A DNA stretch of 64,000 bases from the human T2T-CHM13v2.0 reference genome, Homo sapiens, in NCBI RefSeq assembly GCF_009914755.1, contig NC_060928.1, one strand, 5' to 3'. Below the pieces are notes generated by a model, which searched no databases, had not been told where the DNA came from, and saw only the letters and a list, made by a program, of their open reading frames with translations. This document shows, piece after piece, positions 1 through 25,254 of the stretch (within the stretch, counting starts at the first letter, position 1; each line of letters opens with the position of its first letter). The translations under genes were made by a program, and so were the position numbers.

Positions 1-4273
<4,273 letters not shown>

Positions 4274-7200
4274 CAACAATGGATTTCTTAGCAGAAATCT
4301 TACAAACCAGAAGACATTGGTGGCCTATTTTTAGCCTTCTTAAAGAAAAGAAATGCCAGCCAAGAATTTCACAGCCTGCCAAGCTAAGTAAGCTTCATAA
4401 ACAAAGGAGAAATAAAGTTTTTCCCAGACAAGCAATTGCTAAGAGAATTTGTCACCAGCAGATAGGCCCCACAAAAATGCTTAAAGGAGTTCTAAACATG
4501 AAAATAAAAGAATGATACTTGCTGCCACAAAAGTACATGTAAGTTCAAAGCAACTGCCACTATAAAGCAACTATACAATTGAGACTACAAAGCAATAGTT
4601 AACACTAAGAGAGGAAGAAAACCTCACGTATCAGTATTAACGCTGAACATAAATGGCCTAAATGCTTCACTACAAACACAGAATGGCAAATTGGATGAAA
4701 AAACAAGACCCAACCATCTGCTATCTTCAAGAGACCCATCTCACATGTAATGACACCCAAAGGACTTGATGTAAAGGGATGGAGAAAGATCACACAAATT
4801 TAAAACAAAAAAGATCAGGGCTTGCTACTCTTGTATCAGATAAAACAGACTTTAAATCAACAACAGTACAAAAGGAGAAAGAAAAGTACTACATAATGAT
4901 AAAAGGTTCAATTAAACAAGAGGATTTAACTATCCTAAATATGTACATGCCCAACACTTGAGGACCCTGATTTATAAACAATTACTACTAGATCTAAGAA
5001 AAGGGACAGACAATAATATCATACAATAATAGTGGACACTTTAACACCCCACTGATAGCATTAAACTGATCAAGGCCCAAAACTAATAAATTCTAGACTT
5101 AAATTGGACACTTGACCAGTTGGTCCTAATTAGCATCTACAGAACACTCCACCAAACAACCACAGAATATACATTCTTTTTATCTGCACACAGAACATAG
5201 TCTAAGACTGACCACATACTCAGTCATAAAGCAAGTCTCAATAAATTTTTTAAAAAACTGAAATCATACTAAGCATCTTCTTGGACCATAGTAGAATAAA
5301 AATAGAAATCAATACCAAGAGGAACTCTCAAAGCCACACAAATACATGGAAAGTAAACAACCTGCTTCTGAATGACTTTTGGAAAACAATAAAATTAAGG
5401 CAGATATTTAAAAAAATTTTTGAAACAAATGAAAGTAGAAACACTACATACCAAAACCTCTGAGATATGGTAAAAGCAGTTAAAAGGAAAGTTTACAGCA
5501 TTAAATGCTTATACAAAAATAATAGAAAGATCTCAAATTAACAACCTAATGCTGCACCTACAGGAACTAGAAGAACAAAAAGAAACTAAATCAAAAGCTA
5601 GCCGACGAAAAGAAATAACTAAAATCAGAGCGGAATTAAATTAAATTGAGACCAAACAGCCATAGAAAAGATCAAAGAAAAGTTGGTTCTTCAAAAAGAT
5701 AAACAAGATTAATAAACTTCTGGAAAGATTAACACATGAAAAAAAGAGAAGATTCATAAACACAGTAAGAAATAACAAAGGTGACATTACAACGGATCCC
5801 ACAGAAATACAAAAGATCCTCAGACACTACTATAAACATCCCCATGTGCACATACTATAAAATTAGGAAATGAACAAATTCTTGGAAACACACAATCTCC
5901 CAAGATTGAACTAGGAAGAAACTGAAACCTTGAACAGACCAATAATGAGTACAAAATTGAAACAGTAATAAAAAAAAAAAACTACCAATCAAAAAAAAAA
6001 GTCCTGGACCAGATAGATTCACAAGATATACAAAGAAGGCTGATGCCAATCCTACTGAAATTATTGAAAATAAATTAAGATGGAGAGATTCCTCCCTAAC
6101 TCATTCTACAAGACCAGTTTCATCATGATATCAAAATATGGCAAGGGCACAACAAAAAAAGAAAACTACAGGCCAATGTTGCTGATGAAAATAGACACAA
6201 AAATCCTCTATAAAATATTAGCAAACTAAATCCAGTAGCACATTAAAATGAAAATTTGTATGATCAAGTGAGCCTTATTCCTGGGATGCAAGGATGGTTC
6301 AACACACACAAACCAATAAATGTGATTCCCCACATAAACAGAATTTTAAAAAAGAATATGATCACCTCAATATACACATAAAAAGCATCTGATAAAATCC
6401 AACATTGCTTTATGATAAAAAACACTTAACAAATTAGGCATCAAAGGAAGATATCTCAAAATATTAAGAACCACCTATGACAAACCCACAGCCAACATCA
6501 TGCTGAATGAGCAAAAAGTTAGAAGGATTCCTCCTAAGAACTAGAACAAGACAAGGATTCCATTCTTAGCAATCCTATTCAACATAGTACTGGCAGTCCC
6601 AGCCAGAGCAATCAGGCTAGAGAAAAAAATAAAAGACATCCAAATAGGAAAAGAGAAAGTCAAATTATCTCTTTGTGGACAATTTAATTCTGTACCTGGA
6701 AAATTCTAACAATTCCACCATGACTCCTAGACTTGATGAGTGACTTCAGTAAAGTTTCAGGACATAAAATCATTTTACAAAAATCAGTAGTATTTCTATA
6801 CTCCAATACCATTCAAGCTGAGAATGAAATCAGTAATGCAATCTCATTTACAGTAGCCACTCACACACAAAAATACTGAGGAATACATTTACCCAAGGAG
6901 GTGAAAGATCTCTACAAGGAGAACTACAAAACACTGATGAAGAAAATCATAGATGACATAAACAAATGGAAGTGCATTCAATGCCCATGGAAGGAGACTT
7001 GGTATCATTAAAATGTCCATACTGCCTGAAGTAATCTACAGAATCAATTCAATTTCTATCAAATTACCAATGTTATTTTTTTGTAAAAAATAAAAAAACC
7101 TAAAATTCATATAGAACCACAAAAGACCCAGAATAGCCAAAGTTATCCTGAGCAAAAAGAACAAAACTGGAGGAATCACATTACCTGACCTCGAATTATA

Positions 7201-8765
7201 CTACAGAGCTGTAACCAAAACAGCATGGTGCTGGCATAAAAACAGGCACATAGAACAGTGGAACAGAATAGAGAACCCAGAAATAAATCCATACATCTAT
7301 AGTGAATTCATCTTTGACAAATGTTCCAGGAATCTACGTTTGAGAAAAGACAATCTCTTCAATAAATGGTGCTGGGAAAACTGGATATCCATATGCAGAA
7401 GAATGAAACTAGACTCCTATCTTTTGCCATATACAAAAATCAAATCAAAATGTATTAAAGACTTAAATCTGAGGCCTCAAACTATGAAACTACTAAAAGA
7501 AAACACTGGGGAAACTCTCTAGGACACTGGCCTAGGCAAAGATTTCTTCAGTAATATCCCATAACCACAGGCAACCTAAGTAAAAATGGACAAATGGACT
7601 TGATTGCACATCAAGTTAAGAAGCTTCTGCACAGCAAAGGAAACTATCAACACAGTGAAGAGACAACCCACAGAATGGGAGAAAATATCCGCAAACTACC
7701 CATCTGACAAGGGATTAATAACCAGAATATATAAGGACCTCAAACCACTCAACAGGAAAAATCTGATAATCCAATTTAAAATGGGCAAAAGATCTAAATA
7801 GACATTTCTAAAAAGATGACATACAAATGGCAAACAGGTACATGAAAAAGTGCTCAACATCACTGATCATCAGAGAAATACAAATCAAAATGACAATGAG
7901 TTATCTCACCCCAGTCAAAACAGCTTTCATCAAAAGGACTAGCAATAACAAATGCTGGCGAGGATGTGGAGAAAAGGGAACCCTCTTACACTCGTACACT
8001 GTTGGTAGGAATGTAAACTAGTACAGCCACTTATGGAGAACAGTTTGGAGGTTCCTCAAAAAACTAAAAATAGAACTACCATACAATCTAGCAATCCCAC
8101 TGCTAGGTATATACCCAAAAGAAAGGAAATCAGTATATCAGAGATATCCGCACTCCCATGTTTATTGCAGGACTAGTCACAATAGCCAAAATCTGGAAGC
8201 AACCTAATTGTCCATCAACAGATGAGTGGATAAAGAAAACTGTGGGACATAAACACAATGGAGTACTATTCAGCCATAAAATAGAATGAGATCCTGTCAT
8301 TTGCAACAATATGAAAGGAACTGGAGTTCTATTACGTTAGGTGAAATAAGCCCGGCACAGAAAGACAAGTTTTGCACGTTTTCACTTATTTGTGGAAACT
8401 AAAAGAATTAAAACAATTGAATTCATGGAAACGGAACATGACTGTTATCAAAAGCTGGAAAGGGTAGTGCATGAAAGTGGGAATGGTTAATGGGTACAAA
8501 AATTAGATAAAATGAATAAGATTCAGTATTTGATAGCACAACAGGGTGAATATAGTCAACAATAATTTATTGTACCTTTAAAAATAACTAAAAGAGTGTA
8601 ACTCGATTGTTTGAAATGCAAAGAAAGGATAAATGCATGAGGTGATAGATACCCATTTACCCTAATGTGATTAGTTTGCATTTATGCCTGTATTAAAATA
8701 TCTCATGTATCCCATAAATATATACATCTACCATGTACCTACAAAAATTAAAAGTAAAAAAAAAA
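4274..8765 (+). mobile_element. Old L1 (L1MA1-3/L1PB-age): end of ORF1, decayed ORF2, 3'UTR and A tail; interrupted at its left end by the L1PA4/5
   Basis: Decayed ORF2 peptides (e.g. [12 protein letters not shown] at 7340); L1MA-type 3' end ATATCTCATGTATCCCATAAATATATACATC...AAAAA. Confidence 0.85.
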
Positions 8766-8948
8766 TTTTTTTTTAAGGCACAACTTACAGAAAACAGGGG
8801 AAACAGCGTAAGAAAAAGACTTCAACATTGGGCAGATCCAGGTTCAAATCTTTGTTCTGCCCTTAGTTGGAAATATTTTATATAATTATTTTATCCTTTC
8901 TATATATGCTTTGTAAAGTTGTAAGGATTAAAAAAAACAATAAATATA

Positions 8949-9367
8949 CAGTTAATCCTTGAACAACACAGGTTTGACCAGCACAAATCCACTTACACAC
9001 AATTTTTTTTTCTGCCTCTGCCACCCGAGACAGCAAGACCAACCCTCTTACTCCTCCTTCCTCAGCCTACTCCACCTGAAGATGAGGATGAAGACCTTTA
9101 TGATGATCCACTTCCATTTAAAAATAGTAAATATATTTTCTCTTCCTTATGATTTTCTTAATAACATTTTTCCTTTAGCTTTGTTGTAAGAATACAGCAT
9201 ATAATACACATAACATAAAATATATGTTACTCTATGTTATTGGCAAGGCTTCCAGTCAACAGTAGGATATCAGTAGTAAAGACTACGGGGAGTCAAAAGT
9301 CGTATGTGAATTTTTGACTGTGCAAGGGGCCAATGCCCCAACCCCCATGTTGTTCATGGGTCAATAG
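8949..9367 (+). mobile_element. Tigger2a-like TcMar MITE
   Basis: TA|CAGTTAATCCTTGAACAAC ... GTTGTTCATGGGTCAATAG|TA: terminal inverted repeats and TA target duplication. Confidence 0.8.
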
Positions 9368-10198
9368 TAGAGTGGTTATAATATGCCTGGCATAAAACAA
9401 GCAATAAACTATAGGAACTGTTGTTACTATGATGTATATCACGACTATTTGCCAATGATCTAGTTGTAGGCTAAAACCCAGAAAATTAACTTAAAATTGG
9501 CAGAACAGGAAAACTCACTGGATAAGAGGATAAGCAAAAACTCAAAATGTCTGCAAATATTAGCAATATTCTGTTAGGAAAAAAAACCTTTAAAGATTGA
9601 AATGGAATTATAAACTATCTAGAAATAACCTTTATAAGAAATACAACAGATAAGTGTGAAAATGATCAAAATTTGTGTAAGAGATATAAAAGAAACTATG
9701 AGTAAATGTAGAAATTTAACTTGTTTCTGTATAAAAACTATTATAACTATGTCAATTCTTCTTAACTTGTAGGTTTAATATAATACTAATCAAAATTACA
9801 ATATGATTGAAAAAAAAAAAGAAACAAGAATTACCCTAAAAATGTATCTGGTAAAGAAAAAGAGAGCAAATAACTAAGAACAATAAGTGTAAAAAGGAGA
9901 GTAAAGGGGAAATGCGGAAAGAATTCTATTAGAAATTAAAGCATATTGTAAATAATTACTAATACAACGAGGTACTGGCAGAAAAGACAGAGTAATAGAG
10001 CAAAGGAGAAAGCCCAAAGGAAGATATAGCTTGATACATACTTGCTATAGATTCATTCACTGTTTTATATAAGAATTTAATAAATCTTACAAGTAGCATT
10101 ATAAATCAGTGACAGAAGGATGATGTAGTCATTAAATTATGCTGGGATTTTGATAAGCTACTTGGTAATAGTAAATTAAAAATTTTAAAATAAAATAA

Positions 10199-10520
10199 GG
10201 GCCGGGCGTGGTGGCTCATGCCTGTAATCCTAGCACTTTGGGAGGCTGAGGCGGGCAGATCACAAGGTCAGGAGTTTGAGACCTGCCTGGCCAACATGGT
10301 GAAACCCTGTCTCTACTAAAAATACAAAAATTAGCCAGGCGTGATGGTACGTGCCTGTAGTCCCAGCTACTCGGGAGGCTGAGGCAGAAGAATCGCTTGA
10401 ACCCAGGAGGTGGAGCCGAGATCATGTCACTGCACTTCAGTGAGCCGAGATCGTGTCACTGCACTTCAGCCTGGGTGACAGAGCAATACTCCATCTCAAA
10501 AAATAATAATAATAAATAAA
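10199..10520 (+). mobile_element. AluS with an internal 29-bp tandem duplication
   Basis: GGCCGGGCGTGGTGGCTCA start, dimeric structure, (AAT/AAAT)n tail. Confidence 0.92.
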
Positions 10521-10734
10521 TAAGATAAATTAGTTCTGACTTCAAATCAATCTCCCAGTCACATTGATTATTCTTAAATGCGAGAGAGACAGAGAGACTG
10601 AGAAAGAGAGAGGTAATGAGAAAGGGTGAGAGAGAGAATGAGAATGAAAAAACAGAAAAAAAAAGCACAAGAAAATTATAATACTGATGTACTACCCAGG
10701 AAGAGCTATAAAAATGTTAATACAACCAGGATTA

Positions 10735-10851
<117 letters not shown>

Positions 10852-11434
10852 CTAAAAATAAAAACAATTAACAAAATGAGTTACCAGAAAGAAGGGCATA
10901 GGTTTTTTTTTTTTTTTTTTTGGCCAGGTCTATGAAGATATTTACTTATTAGCCAAAAAAGAAGTGTGCATGTGGTCTTAGAATAAAAATGTAAGCTCAC
11001 TCTAAATCTCTAGCACCTAAAACCAGCCTTGACATACAGCAGGTGTTCAATAAATATTTGCTGAGTGAAAATAAAGGCAGGTATATTTGAATGTGAAAAA
11101 AATGTAAAAATTTAAAACAATTATTATACACAGACTTCATTTGCCTTCATGGGGATGTATATTCGTATATTTTTTATTTTTAAGGTTACCATTTTTTTCA
11201 AGATTACTTATATGATAGTTTCATGTATTTATGCCATGGTTTTATCTATTTTCATAAACATAATACAAAAAGAGAAAAATACTATTTTTAGAAACCAAAA
11301 AGTGGAGGAGAAAGATGAAAGAAAAATTAAAGGAAGAGACTAAAGTGATATAACTATGCAAAACTTAAGAACACAATTTGCTATCTCAGCTTTCAATTTT
11401 CTCTAAGAAAAACTGTATCATTTCTAGTCTATAC

Positions 11435-11512
11435 CTTCAGTGATTCGATTTTTTTGCGCCTCATGTCAGCCTCTTCACTTCCTTCTTGTCCTTCAGAATG
11501 ATTAGCTTCTTT
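11435..11512 (-). CDS. NEK1: NEK1 coding exon (78 nt, phase 0-0): KEANHSEGQEGSEEADMRRKKIESLK
   Basis: Acceptor ttttgtag|AAA and donor AAG|gtatag; peptide recognised as NEK1. Confidence 0.95.
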
Positions 11513-11867
11513 CTACAAAATAAGTAGATAAGCAAATCACTTAGGATAGAATCATCAAATTGAGTGCAGAGCTCTGTGAAAGATAACAATGAATAAACTA
11601 AAATCTAAAAATATAAAATGGAAATCATTTAATGCTGTTAGTTTTCTCCTAAAGCTGCAACTGAACTCTCCACCACTATCAGCCTTTCAGAACAATGGAA
11701 CAAAAAGATAATGATATAAAATGCATTTTAATCCTCCCATGAATACTAGTTATATTTTCCTCTCAGAATTTCTCTGGAACAAATGGTCTTATCAATTTAA
11801 AATCACATAAATAAGATTTACTTTATGTGTAGTTTTTTGATCTTTGAACTTCCACTGTCGTCATCAG

Positions 11868-11892
11868 TTTTGTTGTTGTTGTCGTTGTTGTT
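11868..11892 (+). repeat. (GTT)n microsatellite in the short intron between two NEK1 exons
   Basis: tttgttgttgttgtcgttgttgtt. Confidence 0.7.
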
Positions 11893-11961
11893 AATGGCAC
11901 AGCATTTTAAATGTTAACCTACTATGATATCATTCAATTTCTTCAAAAAAATAGCTTTTCA

Positions 11962-12051
<90 letters not shown>

Positions 12052-12488
12052 CTACAAGGAGGCAAAAACCCCAACATAATAATGTAAAAGCAAAGCTATT
12101 GACATTTTTACTGCTAGATTTTTTTTAAATTTAAGGAACAGTGTTAATTTGAACACAAGAAATAAAAGTTCTGAAATCCGGTTAATGGAAATGTAATATT
12201 AGCTTTCAAGTGTTTAATTAAGAACAATTTATTTCTGAAAAGAAAGAAATACATTATAAAATTACAAATTTTTAATTTAATCAAAAGAAAAGAAACTGAA
12301 ATCATAATATTGAATAAGTTACGGGGCAAAATTATAACACAGAATGTCAGTCAAAAATATATTAACAGGTCCCTACAGACCTACAAAATCTTCAAATAAT
12401 TGTTAAGAATTTAAACCATGCAAGAAAAGAAGGCAATAAATTCAAAAATGGCTATGTGATGGAGGTAGCGAACATGCGGGAAGCATAC

Positions 12489-12572
12489 CTCTTCCTCTTT
12501 GTTTCTTGGCTTCCCTCCTCTTGAAGAGCTGGGCCTGCCTCCATACATAGCTGCCAGGTTTTGCAGGATTCC
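12489..12572 (-). CDS. NEK1: NEK1 cassette exon (84 nt, phase 0-0): GILQNLAAMYGGRPSSSRGGKPRNKEEE
   Basis: Acceptor aaacag|GGA and donor GAG|gtatgc; 28 codons, equal to the recalled 1286 vs 1258 aa isoform difference. Confidence 0.92.
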
Positions 12573-13779
12573 CTGTTTATCATTTAATGTACTAAGTTTA
12601 AAGAATGACTAAGGCTACATTATTATCTTACCAAGGAATATCCAGGTGCTACTTTATTTCTTTTGGCAAATACTGACCATTTATTGATGATAAACTGTGA
12701 TAACAAACCCTGGCGTTTTCCTATGTCAACTTGAAATATATATTTAGTGAGAACAGAAGGAAGCAATTAAGCCCCAAACATAATTATTCAAAACAGAGAC
12801 CAGCTATCTTTGTGTTAGTCACTTAAGAGGGCTTTTTTTTGTTTGCTTGTTTGTTTGTTTGTTTTAAATCACTGCTTTGGAGGTTAAACCCCAAACCAAA
12901 TTTTCCTCTACAAACAGCCAATCCATTTCGACATATGTCTATATATATACTAAACACATACAAAATAAGATATTTGAGATCACTTTTTCTGAATTCAACA
13001 AATGGGTTGTATATTAATTAAGAGATCTCAATCAAACTCTGTGCACTCAGGCATGTTTAGTTACTATACAGCAAATGTTCAAACCCAATCAAAAATGGAC
13101 TCATTTTTGAACATAGTTTATATATTTCTCTTCCTTCAGCATACGAGCATGCTTCGACTTACTCCCTTAAAAAAAACTCTTTAGTCCCACTTTCCTGTCA
13201 AATGTCTTTTTATTGGCTTATTGAATGTGTATTTTTTTTATTCATCATCTCAATTTTCCTGCTTCCCAGTCATTTTTTAGCTCACTACAATCTAGTTTCT
13301 GATCCCATTATGACTGAAAATTTTCTAAGGTCACCAATGACTTTCTACTTCACAACTGAAATGAGCCCTTCTGAGTGATTTTTGCATTTAACATTTCCAC
13401 TGGAAATTAGTTTTGACTGAATCCACTTAATTTATATATGCATTTTTTTCTGTCATAACATAATACATACTCATTATAGAAAATTTATTAAAAAATAAAG
13501 AAAATGTGAATCATTTATAATTCTGCCATCTGAGAAACTTAAAATTTGAGGGTACTGTCTTCCAAATTTCCTTCTCTGCATATGTATAATACATACATGT
13601 TTATTTTTATAAAACTGGTATTTTACTAGTTATCCAGACAATATTATATCCTGAATCTCTTCCCACATCCATTTAATATTCCTTACAAACACTATTCTTA
13701 AGTGACTATATACTATTCATAACACTCCACTATACAAATGTTCTATAATTCACACATTTTTAAAAAGTCTCTCTTCTCT

Positions 13780-14720
13780 TTCAGTATTTATAATGGCACT
13801 CTCTCTTGGGTTCTTTCAATTGTCACTATTTTTCACAGGCTTTTCTCTCCTTGGCTTGTTGCTGAATGTCAATATTTTCTAGAGTTTCATTTGCTGGCCC
13901 TCCTTCTCTTCTCATCCCCAGGCTTTAACATATGCTGCCAATTCCCAAACCTTGCAGCCCTTTTCTCTTTACAGCTTTCTGTGTATGTTAAACTGACATC
14001 TGGGCAACTCCACTCTTACGCAGCAAAGCTACCTCAATTTATAAACCTGACTTTATCCTTCTTTTTACTATATAATCTTATTCCCAATTCAGTTATTGAA
14101 CATGATCAGCCACTCAAGTCAGCAAACTAGGAATTACATTTGCCTCTTACCTACTATACTCAAATATGCCAAATTACCAATTCTATCTCCTAATAATTCT
14201 ATAATTGATCATTTCAGTTTCTGCCTTAGCTCAGCCTCTCTTCTTTTGACTCTTAAATTGCTAAATGAGTTTCCCAACTCATCCTACCTCTAGTCTCACA
14301 TCCCACAATTCCATTCTCTACAATGCCCTGAGAGTAACCTTTCTCTTTCACATCAAATCCCACACAAATCCTTCAATGGTTACTATTATCTTCAGACTTT
14401 AATTCACATTCTGTTGAATGGCAGGTAAAGCCATTTGTGATCTCGCCATTTCTAGTCTCATCTCTGCCACTGCTCAGTCATAAATCCTACATTCTGGCTA
14501 CGACAACTACTTGTGGTCTGTAAACTGTACCATGATCTCACTCATCCTCTTAAGATGGGTAACTCTACTCATCTTCCAAAACTCAAACCAAGTATCTCAC
14601 CCCAGAAGCCTCTTCAAAGCCTTCTCTAGGGAGTTAAGTGTGCTTCCTTTGACCTTCCATACCATTTCTTTATAGAAACCTCTCACAGTAGCACTCATTA
14701 GAGTGCATTATAATGGTGGA
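13780..14720 (+). mobile_element. Probable decayed L2 fragment
   Basis: Pyrimidine-rich sequence with L2-like motifs; boundaries approximate. Confidence 0.4.
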
Positions 14721-15214
14721 AGCGCAGTATATTTTAGTTAAGAACATGAAATACAGACTCTGAAATCTGTTTTTGTCAACATCACATAAGCACTGCTGAT
14801 CTTAAACAAAACTGCTTAAACTTGTTGTTAAGTCTAGGCATAAAAACACCTACTTCTTGGGTGTACCAGAGCAAAAAAGTATTACTGTAAGAGCATGCCC
14901 TACCTTTTTTCTTTTGCAGCATGACAAAGCACCTTTACTCACTCAGTTTCCTCCCCTCTTCAAGAAGGCCCTTGCAATAGCTTATCAGTATTTGAGCTTT
15001 TGAGATATATATAGGTCAAAGAGTTGGGGAGATGAAGGAAAATAAGAAATAAGCAGCGCTGGGCAAAGATGTGAGATAAATTCTGAAAAGGCATATGGGA
15101 GTATCTACAAAGTTAAGGGGAGTGGGTGGTAGTGAATTGAGTATTGCTATAGATGATAACTTCCTTTCATGATATTTGAGAAATGCAAGAATCTGAGTTA
15201 CTCTGAAGTTTTAA

Positions 15215-19216
<4,002 letters not shown>

Positions 19217-19444
19217 TGCAATAACTTCTTTTTTTTTTTATTATACTCTAAGTTTTAGGGTACATGTGCACATTGTGCAGGTTAGTTACATATGTATACA
19301 TGTGCCATGCTGGTGCGCTGCACCCACTAATGTGTCATCTAGCATTAGGTATATCTCCCAATGCTATCCCTCCCCCCTCCCCCGACCCCACCACAGTCCC
19401 CAGAGTGTGATATTCCCCTTCCTGTGTCCATGTGATCTCATTGT

Positions 19445-23283
<3,839 letters not shown>

Positions 23284-23331
23284 TTATTTTGCTCATTAGT
23301 TGATGCAGTTTCTTCCTAGTCTTGATGGTCT

Positions 23332-24348
23332 TTACATTTTGGCATGATTTTGCAGCGGCTGGTACCGGTTGTTCCTTTCCATGTTTAGCGCTTCCTTCAG
23401 GAGCTCTTTTAGGGCAGGCCTGGTGGTGACAAAATCTCTCAGCATTTGCTTGTCTATAAAGTATTTTATTTCTCCTTCACTTATGAAGCTTAGTTTGGCT
23501 GTATATGAAATTCTGGGTTGAAAATTCTTTTCTTTAAGAATGTTGAATATTGGCCCCCACTCTCTTCTGGCTTGTAGGGTTTCTGCCGAGAGATCCGCTG
23601 TTAGTCTGATGGGCTTTCCTTTGAGGGTAACCCGAGCTTTCTCTCTGGCTGCCCTTAACATTTTTTCCTTCATTTCAACTTTGGTGAATCTGACAATTAT
23701 GTGTCTGGGAGTTGCTCTTCTCGAGGAGTATCTTTGTGGCGTTCTCTGTATTTCCTGAATCTGAACGTTGGCCTGCCTTGCTAGATTGGGGAAGTTCTCC
23801 TGGATAATATCCTGCAGAGTGTTTTCCAACTTGGTTCCCTTCTCCACATCACTTTCAGGTACACCAATCAGACGTAGATTTGGTCTTTTCACATAGTCCC
23901 ATATTTCTTGGAGGCTTTGCTCATTTCTTTTTATTCTTTTTTCTCTAAACTTCCCTTCTCGCTTCATTTCATTCATTTCATCTTCCATTGCTGATACCCT
24001 TTCTTCCAGTTGATCACATCGGCTCCTGAGGCTTCTGCATTCTTCACGTAGTTCTCGAGCCTTGGTTTTCAGCTCCATCAGCTCCTTTAAGCACTTCTCT
24101 GTATTGGTTATTCTAGTTATACATTCTTCTAAATTTTTTTCAAAGTTTTCAACTTCTTTGCCTTTGGTTTGAATGTCCTCCCGTAGCTCAGAGTAATTTG
24201 ATCGTCTGAAGCCTTCTTCTCTCAGCTCGTCAAAATCATTCTCCATCCAGCTTTGTTCTGTTGCTGGTGAGGAACTGCGTTCCTTTGGAGGAGGAGAGGC
24301 GCTCTGCGTTTTAGAGTTTCCAGTTTTTCTGTTCTGTTTTTTCCCCAT
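23332..24348 (-). CDS. L1 ORF1p, full-length 338 aa, with substitutions N170K, G238A and P283T relative to the recalled consensus
   Basis: ORF track MGKKQNRKTG...LQNHAKM. Confidence 0.93.
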   Translation of the reverse strand: MGKKQNRKTGNSKTQSASPPPKERSSSPATEQSWMENDFDELREEGFRRSNYSELREDIQTKGKEVENFEKNLEECITRITNTEKCLKELMELKTKARELREECRSLRSRCDQLEERVSAMEDEMNEMKREGKFREKRIKRNEQSLQEIWDYVKRPNLRLIGVPESDVEKGTKLENTLQDIIQENFPNLARQANVQIQEIQRTPQRYSSRRATPRHIIVRFTKVEMKEKMLRAAREKARVTLKGKPIRLTADLSAETLQARREWGPIFNILKEKNFQPRISYTAKLSFISEGEIKYFIDKQMLRDFVTTRPALKELLKEALNMERNNRYQPLQNHAKM

Positions 24349-25254
24349 CTTTGTGGTTTTATCTACTTTTGGTCTTTGATGATGGTGATGTACAGATGGG
24401 TTTTCGGTGTAGATGTCCTTTCTGGTTGTTAGTTTTCCTTCTAACAGACAGGACCCTCAGCTGCAGGTCTGTTGGAATACCCTGCCGTGTGAGGTGTCAG
24501 TGTGCCCCTGCTGGGGGGTGCCTCCCAGTTAGGCTGCTCGGGGGTCAGGGGTCAGGGACCCACTTGAGGAGGCAGTCTGCCCGTTCTCAGATCTCCAGCT
24601 GCGTGCTGGGAGAACCACTGCTCTCTTCAAAGCTGTCAGACAGGGACACTTAAGTCTGCAGAGGTTACTGCTGTCTTTTTGTTTGTCTGTGCCCTGCCCC
24701 CAGAGGTGGAGCCTACAGAGGCAGGCAGGCCTCCTTGAGCTGTGGTGGGCTCCACCCAGTTCGCGCTTCCAGGCTGCTTTGTTTACCTAAGCAAGCCTGG
24801 GCAATGGCGGGCGCCCCTCCCCCAGCCTCGTTGCCGCCTTGCAGTTTGATCTCAGACTGCTGTGCTAGCAATCAGCGAGATTCCGTGGGCGTAGGACCCT
24901 CTGAGCCAGGTGTGGGATATAGTCTCGTGGTGCGCCGTTTCTTAAGCCGGTCTGAAAAGCGCAATATTCGGGTGGGAGTGACCCGATTTTCCAGGTGCGT
25001 CCGTCACCCCTTTCTTTGACTTGGAAAGGGAACTCCCTGACCCCTTGCGCTTCCCAGGTGAGGCAATGCCTCGCCCTGCTTCGGCTCGCGCACGGTGCGC
25101 ACACACACTGGCCTGCGCCCACTGTCTGGCACTCCCTAGTGAGATGAACCCGGTACCTCAGATGGAAATGCAGAAATCACCCGTCTTCTGCGTCGCTCAC
25201 GCTGGGAGCTGTAGACCGGAGCTGTTCCTATTCGGCCATCTTGGTTCCTCCCCC
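24349..25254 (-). promoter_or_regulatory. L1HS 5'UTR: CpG-rich internal sense promoter (YY1 site CAAGATGGCCG intact), antisense promoter, and splice donor at about +97 (GAG|GTACCG, exon end 25157)
   Basis: High CpG density at 24800-25250; YY1 motif at 25233-25243. Confidence 0.85.
24804..25019 (+). CDS. L1 ORF0 (71 aa, antisense ORF in the 5'UTR), intact
   Basis: ATG at 24804 in gcaATGG context; MAGAPPPASLPPCSLISDCCASNQRDSVGVGPSEPGVGYSLVVRRFLSRSEKRNIRVGVTRFSRCVRHPFL*. Confidence 0.85.
   Translation: MAGAPPPASLPPCSLISDCCASNQRDSVGVGPSEPGVGYSLVVRRFLSRSEKRNIRVGVTRFSRCVRHPFL

Noticed and set aside
13738-14130. 130-aa + strand ORF
   Set aside because: Leu/Phe/Ser-rich chance ORF in pyrimidine-rich, probably L2-derived sequence; no recognisable domain or splice context
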